Part shown: positions 25,983 to 40,523 of the stretch, one piece after another | Numbering within the stretch: position 1 is the first letter of the stretch | How the letters are laid out: the number at the start of each line of letters is the position of its first letter | Origin: Chrysomallon squamiferum | Taxonomy: Eukaryota; Animalia; Mollusca | NCBI GenBank assembly: GCA_012295275.1 | Contig: CM022665.1 | Span: 46,438,001 to 46,502,000, forward strand | Reading direction: 5' to 3' | Length of the DNA stretch: 64,000 nucleotides | Notes under the pieces: generated by a model | Seen by the model: the letters and a program-made list of their open reading frames with translations, nothing else | Databases searched by the model: none | Told to the model about the DNA's origin: nothing | Program-made: the position numbers and the translations under genes

Positions 25983-26027
<45 letters not shown>

Positions 26028-26230
26028 GATGATGATGATGATAAGAATAATAATGATAAATAATGTAATTACAGTTAATGAAATTTTTTCCCATCTTCAC
26101 ATCGTTATAAAAAAAGAAAATTAAAAAATTCTTTCCTAATCATCTAATTTTAATAAACGCTAGACTCTATAATTTGTGATACATCTATCATTCAGTGGAA
26201 GGAATTTCCTAAAAGCATTGCTGATATAAC

Positions 26231-26410
26231 CAGGAACATCTTAACACCCATTACAGGTCCCCGGGCAAAGCTAGACAATGGGGCCTTTAAATAGAAAACC
26301 ACGAAATATTTATTAACAGCAACACGCAGTTATACATGGATTGCATGTCTTCTAGAAGCATGAGGTCCCAGGACAGCAGTCCAGAGTGCTCATGCCTTAA
26401 GATGGCACTG
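26231..26410 (+). mobile_element. MITE-like element (hAT-type CAG termini)
   Basis: Imperfect TIRs CAGGAACATCTTAA ... TTAAGATGGCACTG; no clean 8-bp TSD; related copy nearby. Confidence 0.55.
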
Positions 26411-27180
26411 GACAAGACCTCATATATAAATATATATAGCGATATTTTTACAAATTTGCATTCAGAAGAGCACATAAAGTGATCAGTAACATTTTTGTAT
26501 TCACAAAGAGTTCATCACTTTTAATCAGAAAATGAGCTTATGTTTAAAATACAACGCCATGAAGCAGGATAGATGACAAAACCTGCTTTTATCTTGTTTG
26601 TTTTCAATTTGTTCCTCTTACCCTAGCGCATTAAAAAAAAAAAAAAAAAAAAATTAAAAAAAAATTAAAAGACGGTACTTAAGCGATGCCTCATTATTCA
26701 GCGGAGGAAATTGCGTTAAAGAATATAAGATGGAGTCTGTGTACGTTCGCGACGATTTATCACTGACTGAGACGGCGCAGAGTAATTCCCTGCCGTGTTT
26801 GCGGTAAACAGCGAGAGAACACATCTACAATAATGGAGAAAATAATCCATTATCCAATGCTGTCACTATACGAAACGATAATCTCGCATATTTATTACTA
26901 TTTGCACAGGCGCGTATTCGTAATATATATTATATCTATTACGAATATGCGGCTAACCTTTGATCCATTAAAACCGTCTGTGGATATGATTTCGAGGCCG
27001 TTATAAAAGTACATACATTTTTTTCATTTTTTTTTTTTTTATTATTATTTTTTTTTTTCAACGATATTAGTTATTTCAGCTTAGGTCTGGAATACAATTT
27101 TTCTTAAACCATGCATTATAATAATAATTATTATTAATATTTATTATTATTATTATCATTATTATTACTATTATTATTAT

Positions 27181-27265
<85 letters not shown>

Positions 27266-27454
27266 TGTTCTATTACTGTTGTTGTTGTTTGCATTGCTAT
27301 CATCATCATCATCATCATCGTCATCATTTTAAATGGTAAACAAATTTTCCAGTACTTTCATTTTCGTTTCCCTTTTGCAAGAATGATAAAATATGACGAA
27401 AATCAGACGACAGTTTAGAAATAAACATAAAACTGAAAAACAGCTGCACTCAGC

Positions 27455-27691
27455 AGAAGACGTCATAGAGTATTACATAACAGAATACGTCATACAGTAT
27501 CACATAACAGAATACGTCATACAGTATTACATAACAGAATACGTCATACAGTATCACATAACAGAATACGTCATACAGTATCACATAACAGAATACGTCA
27601 TACAGTATTACATAACAGAATACGTCATAGAGTATCACATAACAGAATACGTCATACAGTATTACATAACAGAATACGTCATACAGTATTA
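27455..27691. repeat. 27-bp minisatellite, ~8.5 copies
   Basis: acagaatacgtcatacagtat(t/c)acata; accounts for ORFs 27393..27725 and 27450..27638. Confidence 0.97.
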
Positions 27692-27770
27692 CACTTTTAA
27701 AACGTTAACTTTCCTTATTGTTTAATGCTTCTCAAAGCATGGACAAACTGTCTTGTTAACTTGATCTACC

Positions 27771-27893
27771 CGTGGGTCTAGGCGCCAATGAAATCCATGT
27801 ATGCTTGCTTCCTGGTTTTCTATGTAAGGGCCTCAGGTTTTTGCTTTGCTCGGGGGCCTGTAATGGGTGTTAAAATGTTCCTGGTTAAGTCAG
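27771..27893 (-). mobile_element. Second, inverted and partial copy of the 26231 MITE-like element
   Basis: Reverse complement ctgacttaaccaggaacattttaacacccattacaggcccccgagcaaagc aligns to 26221-26271; similarity continues through tagaaaacca and atacatggatt. Confidence 0.75.
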
Positions 27894-28617
27894 TATGATA
27901 AGGAAAGTCATTTCGTTCGTAATAAAAAAAAATTAAAATTAAAATTAAAAAAAATAATGAATGATGAAAGAACAAATAAATCAACCTGTTAGTGTTTAAC
28001 TTGCAGATAAAAATTAATTAAAGTTTGTTTTGTTATTTCGTCTTGACGAGTAAATATTTAAATCATTCTTCTGAATTTGGTTTCGATTTTTAAAATGTTA
28101 TTCAGGCTGTTTCTTTTCTTTTTTTTTTTTTTTTCTTTGTTTTTTATTCTTATCTTTTCTTTCTTTCTTTTTAATTTTTTTTTTATACTTTGGTCTGTTT
28201 TCATTTTCGTTTAGTATTGATAAAAACAGAATCAGCTTTGCAGTTTTTTCCTTTTCATTTACTTTGTATTTGTATCAAAATCACCAGTTTGCTTGTTTTC
28301 CAAATTTTTATATTTTTGTAAAAAATTTAATTGATATTTTCACTTTTTTCTTTCTTTCTTTTTCTTTTATTTTCTTTTTTCGTTTCGTTTCGTTTCGTTT
28401 CGTTTTGTTTATTTTTCTTTCTTTTTTTCTTTCCAGCTTTGTTTCTGCTTTGCTGTTTGGTATTTGATACGCAGTAGAACTATTTGTTTTTCTTTTCTCT
28501 TTGCTTGGCTTGGTATTTAAAATTCTATCAAAGCAAAATCTACAATGACTGTTTTTCTTTCCTTTCTTTTCTGTTTTTTCTTTTCATTCTTCTTTTTTTT
28601 TTTTTTCTTTCTTTTTT

Positions 28618-28664
<47 letters not shown>

Positions 28665-29503
28665 CTTTTCTTTCTTCTTTTTTCTTTTCCTTGCTTGTTT
28701 TTCTTTCTTTTCTTTATTTCGTTTTTTCTTCTTTGTTTGTTTGATTATTTACCAGAAAGGAAACAACAACGTGACACACGATGTTCTGCCCACGAAGACC
28801 CCGGAGATGTTCCGTCTATCATATAACGGATCTGAAACGTCATCGAAGACGTCGAGAAAGAACTAATTCCAAATTGCTGCCAGAGGTCTGGTGAAAAAAG
28901 TCCAGACAGACTGTGTATTAAAAACCCTTCAATGATGAATACTCTTTGACAGGTTCATATTGAATTTTTGCTTTTCTTTCTGATTTTTTTTATCTTGGAT
29001 GTCAGCCGTCGGCAGTTTAAAAATCCGTGTATTAAATTGTAATATGTCTCCGTCACCGTTGTCGTGCGGGGTTCGTCGATGATGCGACGAGGTGTTGTTT
29101 ACAAGTGTTCGGATGTCGTCGTTGCAAACGTTATAGTTGTTTCATTTATTGCAAGGATTCTAGATAAGACTTTTTTTTTTTTTTTTTTTTCCTGGAAGTT
29201 AGACCTAGAACGCGTTTTATTTATTGCGTTGTTTAATCATTTGAAAATCTAGGAAAAAGTCAAGATTTGACAGGTTTTCGGTTAGTCTGCTGTAAAGTAA
29301 CGTTAAAGAATAAGAAAATAATAAATAAAGAAATAGAAATAAATTAAGATATATCACTGAAAAAAAAAATTAATATGATGGTTTTTTTGAAAAAAAAAAG
29401 AGTTATATATGTATAGTTAAGTGTAATTAGGGTTTCGATTAATAAAAAAAACAAAACATTAAGTATGTGCAAAAGAACAAGGTAAACATCAACAACAAGA
29501 ACT

Positions 29504-29537
<34 letters not shown>

Positions 29538-30105
29538 CAATAATAATAACAATAACAACAACAATAATATAACAGTATTAATAATACAATGACTACATCA
29601 GTAATAATAACAACAGCGGCAGCAAAAACAACAACAACAACAACAGCAACAACAATAATAATATTAATAATAATAAAAACACAAAACAAACAAAAAAAAG
29701 ATAATAAAGAAAATGATTTAAAATGTATGAATGAATAACGGAATGTATATTAATCAGCGATTTCTTTTATGCATTTTTAACATCAAAACAAACATCAGAA
29801 AAATATGTTGTTAGAAACCTTAATTACAAATCAGCGTTCTGTTTTTACAGTTAACAGATTTGAATCGTTACCTTTTAGTAATGATGTTGTGAGAGAGAAA
29901 ACAATAAGCTTAATCCTGCTTGTCACGCGAGCGATCTACTACCAGGCTACAACACACTGTTACAGTTCTTTTTTTTTTCCCCCTCATTGAAGATAATAAT
30001 ACACGTCACCACTGAGTCAAATTTCCAATTACTTTCAAAAATTTTCAATCATAAATTCTTCTCGTTATTCAGACGATGAATTTTTATCAACAAGACTGGC
30101 TGGGG

Positions 30106-30136
<31 letters not shown>

Positions 30137-31941
30137 CGGATTTTTTCTTCTTCTTCTTCTTCTTCGTCTTATTCTTCTTCTCGACTTTAATTAAGGAGTG
30201 AATATTTCGTAGATTACGCAGAAACATTTCAAATCTTTGCAGTCATTTTTCGCTATTCACCGATCTGAGCTGTATCCGCTCGAGAGTCGTGCGGTATTAA
30301 GAATTCCGCACAAGTTGACGTTCGTTAGACAATCCGGGAAGACTGCGGTTTTATAACGTCACTCCGGGGACCGCTTCGTCACGATAAGAAATTCAGCCAG
30401 AGCGCCGAACAAGTCGTTCAAATGCCACGCGGATGCCGCCATCTTTGTCCGTTCATCCGTGCTATAATTAGAAGTATATATATATATATATACTTCGTTG
30501 TTGTGCCGCCGCCTATTCGTACTTGCGTGGATCAAGACAACCAACCTGGGAATTGAATCGTTTGTTTCTGGTAAATGTCACCGAATTTTAAATTCGGCTG
30601 AGTTCGGCTGATCTCGTGACGATGTACTTTTTGTTCAGTCTCGTCTGTTAGAGTCTGTTTTGAGTTACTTAATAAAGAATTGTACTTCGGTGCGTACACA
30701 TGTATTTTTTTTTTTTTTTTTATGTGTGCGCATATGTGTGTGTGTGTGTCTGTGTGTACGTATGTATGTGTTGGGTTTGAGGAATAAGTCACTGCGGTTA
30801 AATTAAATTTAATCATTGCATTAGAAGAAAACTTAAGCTTAACTGATAACAAGATGTAACTTAATAATGTATGTTCCTTTGTTATTTATAACTTCTTCCC
30901 AATGGTCAACAAGTTTTTCGATGCCTCTGGAACAACCCAATATGTATGTAATAATTACGTATGTATGTATGTATGTATCTATGTATCTATGTATCTATGT
31001 ATCTATGTATGTATGTATGCGTGTACGTTTTTATGTATGTTTGTATGTATGTATATATGTGTGTATGTATATATATACACACAAACACACTTATATATGT
31101 ATGTGTGTGAGTGCGTATGCATGTATGTGTGTATAATGCATATAATGTATTAGTATTTGTATTTGTATTTATTGTTATTTGCGTGTTTAGATATATGTAT
31201 ACGGATATATGGAGGCACTGGAAGATAGATATTGATGAAAAGAGATTGTTAAAAAACGAGAGTATTAAAATTATGGAGATTGGGTACCATTAAATAAGCA
31301 AGTCTTCTGAATAATTAGATTCATCGTTAACTGTATAAGCATAAACAGCGATTAAATAAGATTCTGCGTAAATTCATTTTCACGTCTTATCAAAACTGTA
31401 AGCTATCACTGCTAATGTGAAAGTGTTTTGACATGCTCAATTTGAAAAATATATAATAATGATAATAATAATAATAATGATGATGATGATGATAATAATA
31501 TTGATATTAATAATAATAATGATGATCATAATGTTAATGATAATGATAATCATAACATATATAATAATAATAATAATGATAATATTGATATTAACAATAT
31601 GATGATGATGATAATATTAATAATAATAATAATAATAATGATCATGATGATGATAATAATGATAATGATAATCATTATCATAAAGTATATAATAATAACA
31701 ATAATAATAATAATAATAATAAAATGTTTAAAAAATATAAAAAAGCCCTCATATGTTGAGCATAATAACAAAAAACTGTGAGCATGTTCACGGCATGCAT
31801 GTCAGAATTTGGAGGAGTCTTGCTGTGTGTTTTGTGAACGAAGAATCTGTCCCCGTGTAAAACAGACAGCTGTTGACAAACCCCCTGCCAGGCAAGTTAC
31901 TTAGAAGAACCGTCAGAAAGCTTGCAGGAAAAAAGTTCTCA

Positions 31942-32211
<270 letters not shown>

Positions 32212-32431
32212 AGATAAAATATTGAAGCATTTTTTTGTCTACCCAAGATTCGGCTTGCATTGACAACGTATGAAGAGATCTTGCAATATGCTTCATAGAT
32301 ATGACCTAAAAAAAAAAAAAAAAATTTTTTTTTTTTTTTTTAAAAAAATATATAAATTTATTTTCAAAACGATCACTGAGGTAATAAGCTTCAAAACATA
32401 TTTTTGAAAAAAAACGAGAGTTGAGGCAATA

Positions 32432-32465
<34 letters not shown>

Positions 32466-33044
32466 TTTAAATAAAAATATTTTTTAAAACGACCTCCGAG
32501 AGATATTTCCATTGATTTGCCGAAAGCGTAGCGGGCCGAGAGAGCGAGATATCGAGTGTTATTTCAGTGCACAGAATCGCAATATGAAAAAACATTTATT
32601 TTAACGAACATCATCCGAGATTGCAGAATAAACACAGAAAGAGATTGCGCGTTACAATATCTCCTATCAATGTTCTCGCGAAGTGCAGAGTTCTGGCGAC
32701 TGTTAACGATAAAATAAATAAAAAAACTGTTTTATTTCAAACGTTTATTTCACATATTTACACTGCATAAAACTTTTTTCTTCTTCTTTTTTTTTTTTTT
32801 TTTTTTTTACTGCATTCAGTCGTTTACACATGTCTGGAAGGTCTGGATAATGTTTTCAATACATTCTCAGTTTGTCTGGTTACTCAATAGTTACACAAAC
32901 AAACCTAATAGGTAACAGATCATCGTTATTTCCCATTCCAGACAAAATAACATGTATTTGTTTTTTGTTTTTTTTCAGAATATGAGATGGTGCATGTAAA
33001 ATATCACTAATTGTTATGTGAAAACTACAACATATCCGACACCT

Positions 33045-33235
33045 ATGAATAATGATAGTAGTAGTAGTAATAGTAGTAGTAGTAATAATAATAATGATGA
33101 TGATGATGATAACGATAATGATAATAATGATGATGATAATGATAATGATGACGATGATGATGATGATGATAATGATAATGATGATGATAATAATAATAAT
33201 AATAACAATGATAACAATAATGATAATAAAAATAA
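33045..33235. repeat. (AGT)/(AAT)/(GAT) trinucleotide tract
   Basis: Direct inspection; source of the poly-D/N/I ORFs. Confidence 0.9.
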
Positions 33236-34024
33236 AAAATGTGTTAGTAAAATTATTAGTTGAAGTTAAGCATATATATATACTATTCATTCATTCCATC
33301 GTTTGTTCGTTCATTCATTCTCTCCAATTAACAGTGTAATGAATTATTACTTTGGATGATGGAACGAAGTGTATTAAAAACAATATACTGCTCTGATTAA
33401 CGAGTTACAAAAAATGTTTTATTGAATGTCAACTATTTTTTATTTTTCTTCTTCTTCTTCTTCTTCTTCTTCTTGTGAATTTAATACGATCGCTGCGAAA
33501 TAATTTATATTATTTCTACAAGTTTATTTGTTTCATTGTTTGTTTTCAGTCTCAAGCTTTGATTTACGGTTTATCACTTCGTTCCGCGGCCTCGCTGTTT
33601 TAATTTAGAAAAGTGAATACATCATTTTAGATCAGGACAGATTCAACATCTCCTGACAAATAAAAAAAACCCCTAAAAACATCTCCTTACGTCCTCTAGT
33701 GCATTACAGATGTATGCGTGAGTGTGCATGCCTAAAGAGTTTGAATATACTGAGACGAGCCATTGTCTTTCTGTTCCTGTCTTTGTTTTGTTTTTTCGAT
33801 TTATATGTTTTTGTAATCATCTGTTTTTGTTTGTCAGAATGCTAACCAACAACATAGATTTTATGTTCCCATCCTCTCTTTTTGTCTAGAGTTCTCTCCC
33901 TTGAAACCTCATCCATTTCTACTTTCTTTCTTTCCTCTCTTTCGTACATTTCTTTCTTTCTTTTTTTTTTTTTTGTGGCTCCTTTCTCTCTTCCCTCTAA
34001 TTCTTTCTTTCCGTAACCCCCCCT

Positions 34025-34139
<115 letters not shown>

Positions 34140-34345
34140 GAATGTATGTATTTATATACATGTCTCTCTCTCTCTCAATATATATATAAATAAATATATA
34201 TATGTATCTCTCTGTCTTTCTCTCTATCTATCTCTCCGTCTGTCTCTCTGTCTATCTGTTTGTTTATCTACATTTCTATCTGTCTGTCTATCTGTCTATC
34301 TCTCTCCTGCCATTTTTTTTTTCTTTTTTTCTATCTACTCATTTT

Positions 34346-34643
34346 CCAATCAGCATTGTATTAAGAAACGCTGACTGCATTCACAGTGTCATTAGCCAGT
34401 GAGCGGAAACTTTAACCAATCACGGAGGTTTTGACATCTGAAGAAGGAAACGGGCCGAAGGTCAGGTGAGGACGTGACTGAAGCTCTTTCATGTAGCCGT
34501 TCTCTGCGGCACGAGGTCGTCCACTGACCCGACGTGCGGGCGAAAACTGGCAACATCTACGCGACAAATTCGTTTCATTTAGACTTCATTACGCGTGCAT
34601 GCCAGATTGCCTATAAAAAGGCTCACCAATACTAACATCATTT
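34346..34643 (+). promoter_or_regulatory. Candidate CCAAT/TATA/Inr core promoter
   Basis: CCAATCA at 34346 and 34416, TATAAAA at 34612, TCATTT Inr-like at 34638 (its A is 28 nt after the TATA start). Confidence 0.35.
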
Positions 34644-37600
34644 GATTCACCGAAAAGTAACTTCTGCTTGACGTTCTTTTTTTTTTTTTTTTTTTTTTTA
34701 ATTCCTCACCATCATCACCTTATTGATTGACTATAGAAAGATAATGATGTTTCACTTCCCATCAAGGAAGAAAAAAGACGCCACTGTAAAAAAAAAAAAA
34801 AGAAAAAAAAATGACAAGTGCCACACTCGTTGATAAAAATCAGTAGTAAAAATCAAAAAACTGCTAAACGCAATTCAACGCTCCGCGACCACCCTTTATC
34901 CCTTTCAACAGGCTCTTAGCGCTAAAAAGGTCAAAGCGTCTAAAGTTACGGACCGTTCGCTTCTTTTCGCCAAGTCTCCGGCCCCGCTGATGATGGATGC
35001 TGTCTGATTTACTCTGGCCAATTATATGAACACTCTGACATCTTCATCATATTTCGCCACAAGCTGTAATGACCAGTAGAAATGATCGATAGACGAGAGA
35101 AGACTGGGCTTTGTCCTCCTTTTTGTTACCCTCCTTTTCTTTTTTTTTTTTTTTTTTTTTTTTGTAAGCTTGGCTGCTGCAAGTTCAGGAGTAGGTTATT
35201 CCATCTGGGTTAAGTATTCTGCGTTTTGATTAAAGAAAACGTTGACTCGTAATCACATCAACTGGGTTAAATTATTCTACAGTTATCACTGAAATCAGTG
35301 GGAAAGAAAGAAAGAAAATAAACCCCACAAACGTTACTCTTGTTCGTTTTTTTTTGCTAAACGTCTGATCCTTTGTAACGTTATGACTCTACAACACAGT
35401 TCCAGAGTGAATGATTTATGCCAGAACAGGCTATTACTTCGTTAATTAGATATTTTCTTTACAGTCTAATTACTGATTTGTTCGAGATAACAAAAACATT
35501 CGTACAATAAATGGGCAATTCTTTGACAATGATAATCAATTTGTTAGATTGTTAGACAAATTATTTAGGCTAATGGTAAATGTCCAGCAGGAAATAAAAA
35601 AAAAAAAAAAAAAAAATCATTTATCAAGGTGTTTTACTTTTATAATTGATTACCCTGTTATAAAAGAATTTCACCTGATTACTAGACTCCATAGGTTCTT
35701 TCAGCATTTCTCATAGAAAATTTGTTTAATATGACTTAAATTTTAAATAAAAAAATAAAAAAAATAAAAAATAAAAAATAAAAAAAAATAAAAAAAATGA
35801 ATAAAAAAAATAAATAATAATAAATAATAATAATAAATAAAAAAGTTATTATTTTATTAAGTCGGTAAACTGTTGAGATAAACAATATCATAATTCCCCT
35901 AATCTTGGCTCTAATCAAGATTTAACGTAATACCATTTGACATCGACTGCAAGAACAACGTTATTGAGTTAGCGAACCAGTAGACGGCGAAGATAAAAGT
36001 TTTTACTTTGTTACTCAAGTTCTCTCTCTTCTCGACCAAAAAAAGTCTCCTTGGCTGTTAATTAAAATAGTCTGAAAGTCTTGTTAAAGAAGATTGCTTT
36101 GGCGTCTGAAGGGAAACAAAAAAAAAAAAAAAAATAAAAGAAGAAGTTTTTCCCCGTGATGCAATAAACGACAAATCGAAGCATTGTATTTAAAACCATG
36201 CCGCGCGGACGTATTTGTAAGCAATGTTTGTCGGCGCGGGAATCTGACGTTGCCGATACTTGGACGTTTCCTGCTTGGCGGGTATGTTAGCTGACAGGAG
36301 ATGATGCATGGGCTGCGTTGTGCACGACGTGATAAGACTATCGGCCGTGTTTTGATTGGCAAGTTCATTAAGTCATCCCATGTTGCTAACAACTGGTTTC
36401 GGAACACGGCAATTTCACAGTGGATGGGACGAGACAGGCAGCGAGAGAGACAGATTAAAAAAAAAAAAAAAAAAAAGAGAAAGAAAATCATTAAAAAATA
36501 CTTCACTGCGTTGACAATTGAATTATCTCGCGACACGTTAGTTAATAACCCCAGTTCATATTTTCCGTATCATCTCTGCCTAAACTACGTCATTAACTTT
36601 CTCTCCCCTCCCCCCCCCCCGAGTTCAAGCGTGGATATTAATAGTGTGAGTTATTTGTTATATTACCCGGCACGCCGGGGTGATATATTGTACACATACT
36701 GTAATTACATTTTCCTTTTTTTTTTTTTTTTTTTTTTAAGTACAGTAAGATCGCCATTTCGTACCATACTTTAAATTAAAATCTGTGACGTCATAGAAAA
36801 CCTTTTTGTTAAATTAATCTTGAAACTTAATGAAAGATACAATAAATTTCAGATCTGTGATGGATCAAATTAAGAAAATGTTAGATTAATAAAAATTACG
36901 TTACATATAACATGATAACGTTTGACATTCGCAGCTATGTGTTCTTGTATATTTAATTTTATTTTATTGTGGCTTAAACGATACTTCGAAAAACAAATAA
37001 AACGTTAATATTTGTTGAACAAATGAAACAGAATAGCTTAGCTTTGAGTACTGTAATTTCGCATTATAGTGCAAATGTTTCGAAATCTAATAATTTTATA
37101 TTTCTCTAATATCACTGTAATTCTTATTATTTAGCATTATTCGACATTACTGCTTAATAAAATTACATTACTCTGTTCTACATATAAAAAAATAACATAA
37201 AATAAAATAAAATAAATAAACAAAAATTATAGCAAATAAGGCTATAATAACGTACCATAACGCTGCACTACCGCATAACGTTACAACATCGCCTAATTCT
37301 ATTGCAACTATTGCAAATTACGTTACAATAATACCGCATAACGCAACGCGATCGCGTAACGTTATTGGACGCCAACTACTTTGCGTTTACGTTACTCTTA
37401 CGATGTTTGCTTTGTTGACAAGATATAACACCATTTATTATCTGCTCTGGAAAGATACGAGCTACAAAGTTTTCGCAGACAGCGGATAATGTAATTACTT
37501 GACCTTTCTGCTTGTTTTTCCGCGTCCGTTCATACTAACGACGTGTGTGTGTCCTGCTACGTCGTGGATTTCAGCGCCGCGACGTTGCAACGATGCCCAG

Positions 37601-40149
37601 GATACAGCATCTGCGATGTTTGCGTTTTCCTTAATAATTCGCTTGGGAAAGTTTCCTACTTCTGTCGATTTTGATCAATATTAAAAACAAGAATCAAGAG
37701 CTTCAGTCTCGCCATTATAGAATTTCGTTGAAGACGTAATGATTTTTAAATTATTATTGTTATTGTTATTGTTATTATTTCTATTATTATTATTATTGTT
37801 ATTATTTTATTATTATTTCTATTATTATTACTATTATTATTTCTATTATTATTATTATTATTATGTGAGAAAAATACATTAAAATTAACAATAAAAATAA
37901 AGATATAATAATAATAATAATAACAACAACAACAACAGTAATGATAATGAAGAAGATGAGGACGATGAGAATGATAACAATAACAACAAAGATGATGATG
38001 AAAATAATGAAAATAATAATAATAATACTCATGATGATGATGATGATGATAACAACAATAATGATGTATATGATGATAAAATATTTTAAAAAGTAAAGAA
38101 ATGGAATAAAACAAAGTAATGATTACATTTTTTCGTTTCGCCATGTTTGAACAGACTGAAAAGAAACTTAACAATTTTTTTTTTTTTTTTTCTTTAATTT
38201 TTTTTTTAATCTTTCTTTACTTTTTCTTTTATAGTTTTTTAAATTTATGTCTTTCATGTTTTTTTTTTCTTTTATCCTTTTTTTCTTTTTTTTTTTCTTC
38301 ATTCTTTTTTTCTGTGACATGATGATTAATTATTTTTTTTAAAAACTTATTTTTTTATTCTGTTGATTCATGGGATTTTACCAGAAAAAAACTTTACTTC
38401 GTTTCAAAGTTCAGTGGTAATCAACAGTGCAGAATTTAATATTTTGTGTCAAATATTTCAAACGAAAAACAAATATCAGTCAAAAAAATTTAAATAAAAA
38501 AAAAAATAAAAAATAAATATGTATTTCAGAAACAACAACAACATAAAAATAAAAATAAAAATAATAAAAAAATATATATATATAATTAAAAAATAAATAA
38601 AAAATAGAAATAAAAATATTAATAAAAAATGCAGATGAAAATTACGAAGGAAGAAATATGTAATCTTCTGTCTTGTGCTGTTATTACGTTACAGTTACTA
38701 AAGAGAGTCGCGATTTTATTTGAATTAAAAACAGATTTAATTTGTATTTATTTTACTGAAAAACAGGATTACCAGGGAAATGAATATCATTTCAAAAACA
38801 TTTAAATCTTCTTCTTTTTTTCACTCTTTTTTAATTTATTTATTTATTTATTTATTTTTTTTAAAATAAATGAATTGCTGCTGTTCAAAAACAACTATCT
38901 CCGACTGGTTGGTCTCTCCACTGTATTATTTTTTCTCTCCATTTCATCCCCGGACAGGGCACCCGGGAATGTAATGCAGCTGAGTTATCGGCCTTGGTGA
39001 CCCTCTCGAGTGTTGGGTGAACAGTTTAAATCTGAGATTAGGAAATCCATTGAGGAAGTATTTCAGATGCGAAACATTTAATTACAACTGATTTGTCATC
39101 TCTCCGAGCTCCTGACAAAACCCAAACCACATTATTATTTCTCTTAAACCAAAAAGAAAAGAAAAGAAATATTCAGATCCAGAAAGAAGAACAAAGAAAT
39201 TATATTTAATTATTTGAATGTCTTGTGTGATGACCGAATGTTTTTCTTTGTTCGAATCAAATAGGGGAGAAAATCAATGAAGAATTCTGAACGGATTTTA
39301 GTTTTATGATTTAATTGTTTTTAACTTCTTTTTTTGTTTGTTTTATTTTTTATTAATGAATGAATTTATTTTATTTTAGGGTTTGTTTTTTAGGAATTAA
39401 CGTTTGTTTAAAGATATTTTGATATTAACGATTATTAGTTTTAAAAAAAGAAGAAAAAAAAAAGATTCTGCAGCGATGATATCTTATGTTTAGCTAAAGA
39501 AAACCTTTCATGTCAACCTTCTCATAGACACAAAAAATATATATGAACACAAGTCGTGAAATGTTTACATGACTATTTTAATGACTCTGAGATATATGAA
39601 ACTCATGCGAGGCTTTAATCAGTGAACTGTATCAAACATTTGGTTAGAGAGATATTAATTTGCTTGTTATGATCAGCATCATTTTCTTCATCTTCATTAT
39701 TATCACCATGATTATCGTCGGCATTATTAATATCATCATCATCATCATCATCATTAGCATCATTATTATTTTAGTTGTTTTGTCATATTCACCATCATCA
39801 TTGTCACCATATTTTAGTTATTTTTCAACATCATCGTCGTAATCATCGTCATCATCATTATTATTGTTATTATTAGTAGTAATAGTAGTTGTAATAGTAG
39901 TAGTAGTAGTAGTAGTAGTAGAAGTAGTAGCAGCAGTAGCATTAGTGGTGGTTGTAGTAGTAGTAGTAGTAGTATTTACAAATAACCTATTTGGGGGAAA
40001 TCATTAGCCAGTGCTCTCAAATCTGGGTCAAACAAATGAAATACAAAATGTCTGCAGTTCTGTCAGATTACATTACAATATGACTAACATTTATACGTTT
40101 ATAAGTTTATTTAATATACGTTACGCATGCAATGTTTAATGACTGGTCT

Positions 40150-40163
40150 GTTTCCATGGTAAC
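40150..40163. promoter_or_regulatory. RFX X-box
   Basis: GTTTCCATGGTAAC, a canonical near-palindromic X-box. Confidence 0.6.
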
Positions 40164-40420
40164 CATTACATTAAAACGACACAAAATACGTCATTCTGGA
40201 CAATATACGTCATATACGTAATACCGTGTCATTAGTCAGTCTGGAAAATACTCATCTGTGTATAAGATGTTTGAATAATATGTACTATACACGTAATGTT
40301 TTACCGTGAAGTTCATTTTCCGTAGATACGGAACCAACTTGCGGCGTCCGGTAGACGGAAAAAATGTAAATGGTTTGTGAGCTTTAACAATGATGCCATG
40401 GAAATTTCTTTCGAACGAAG

Positions 40421-40467
<47 letters not shown>

Positions 40468-40478
40468 TTATTATTATT

Positions 40479-40523
<45 letters not shown>

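Noticed and set aside
34987-35040. C/D-box snoRNA-like TGATGA...CTGA...CTGA
   Set aside because: Too short, no terminal stem and no recognisable rRNA guide
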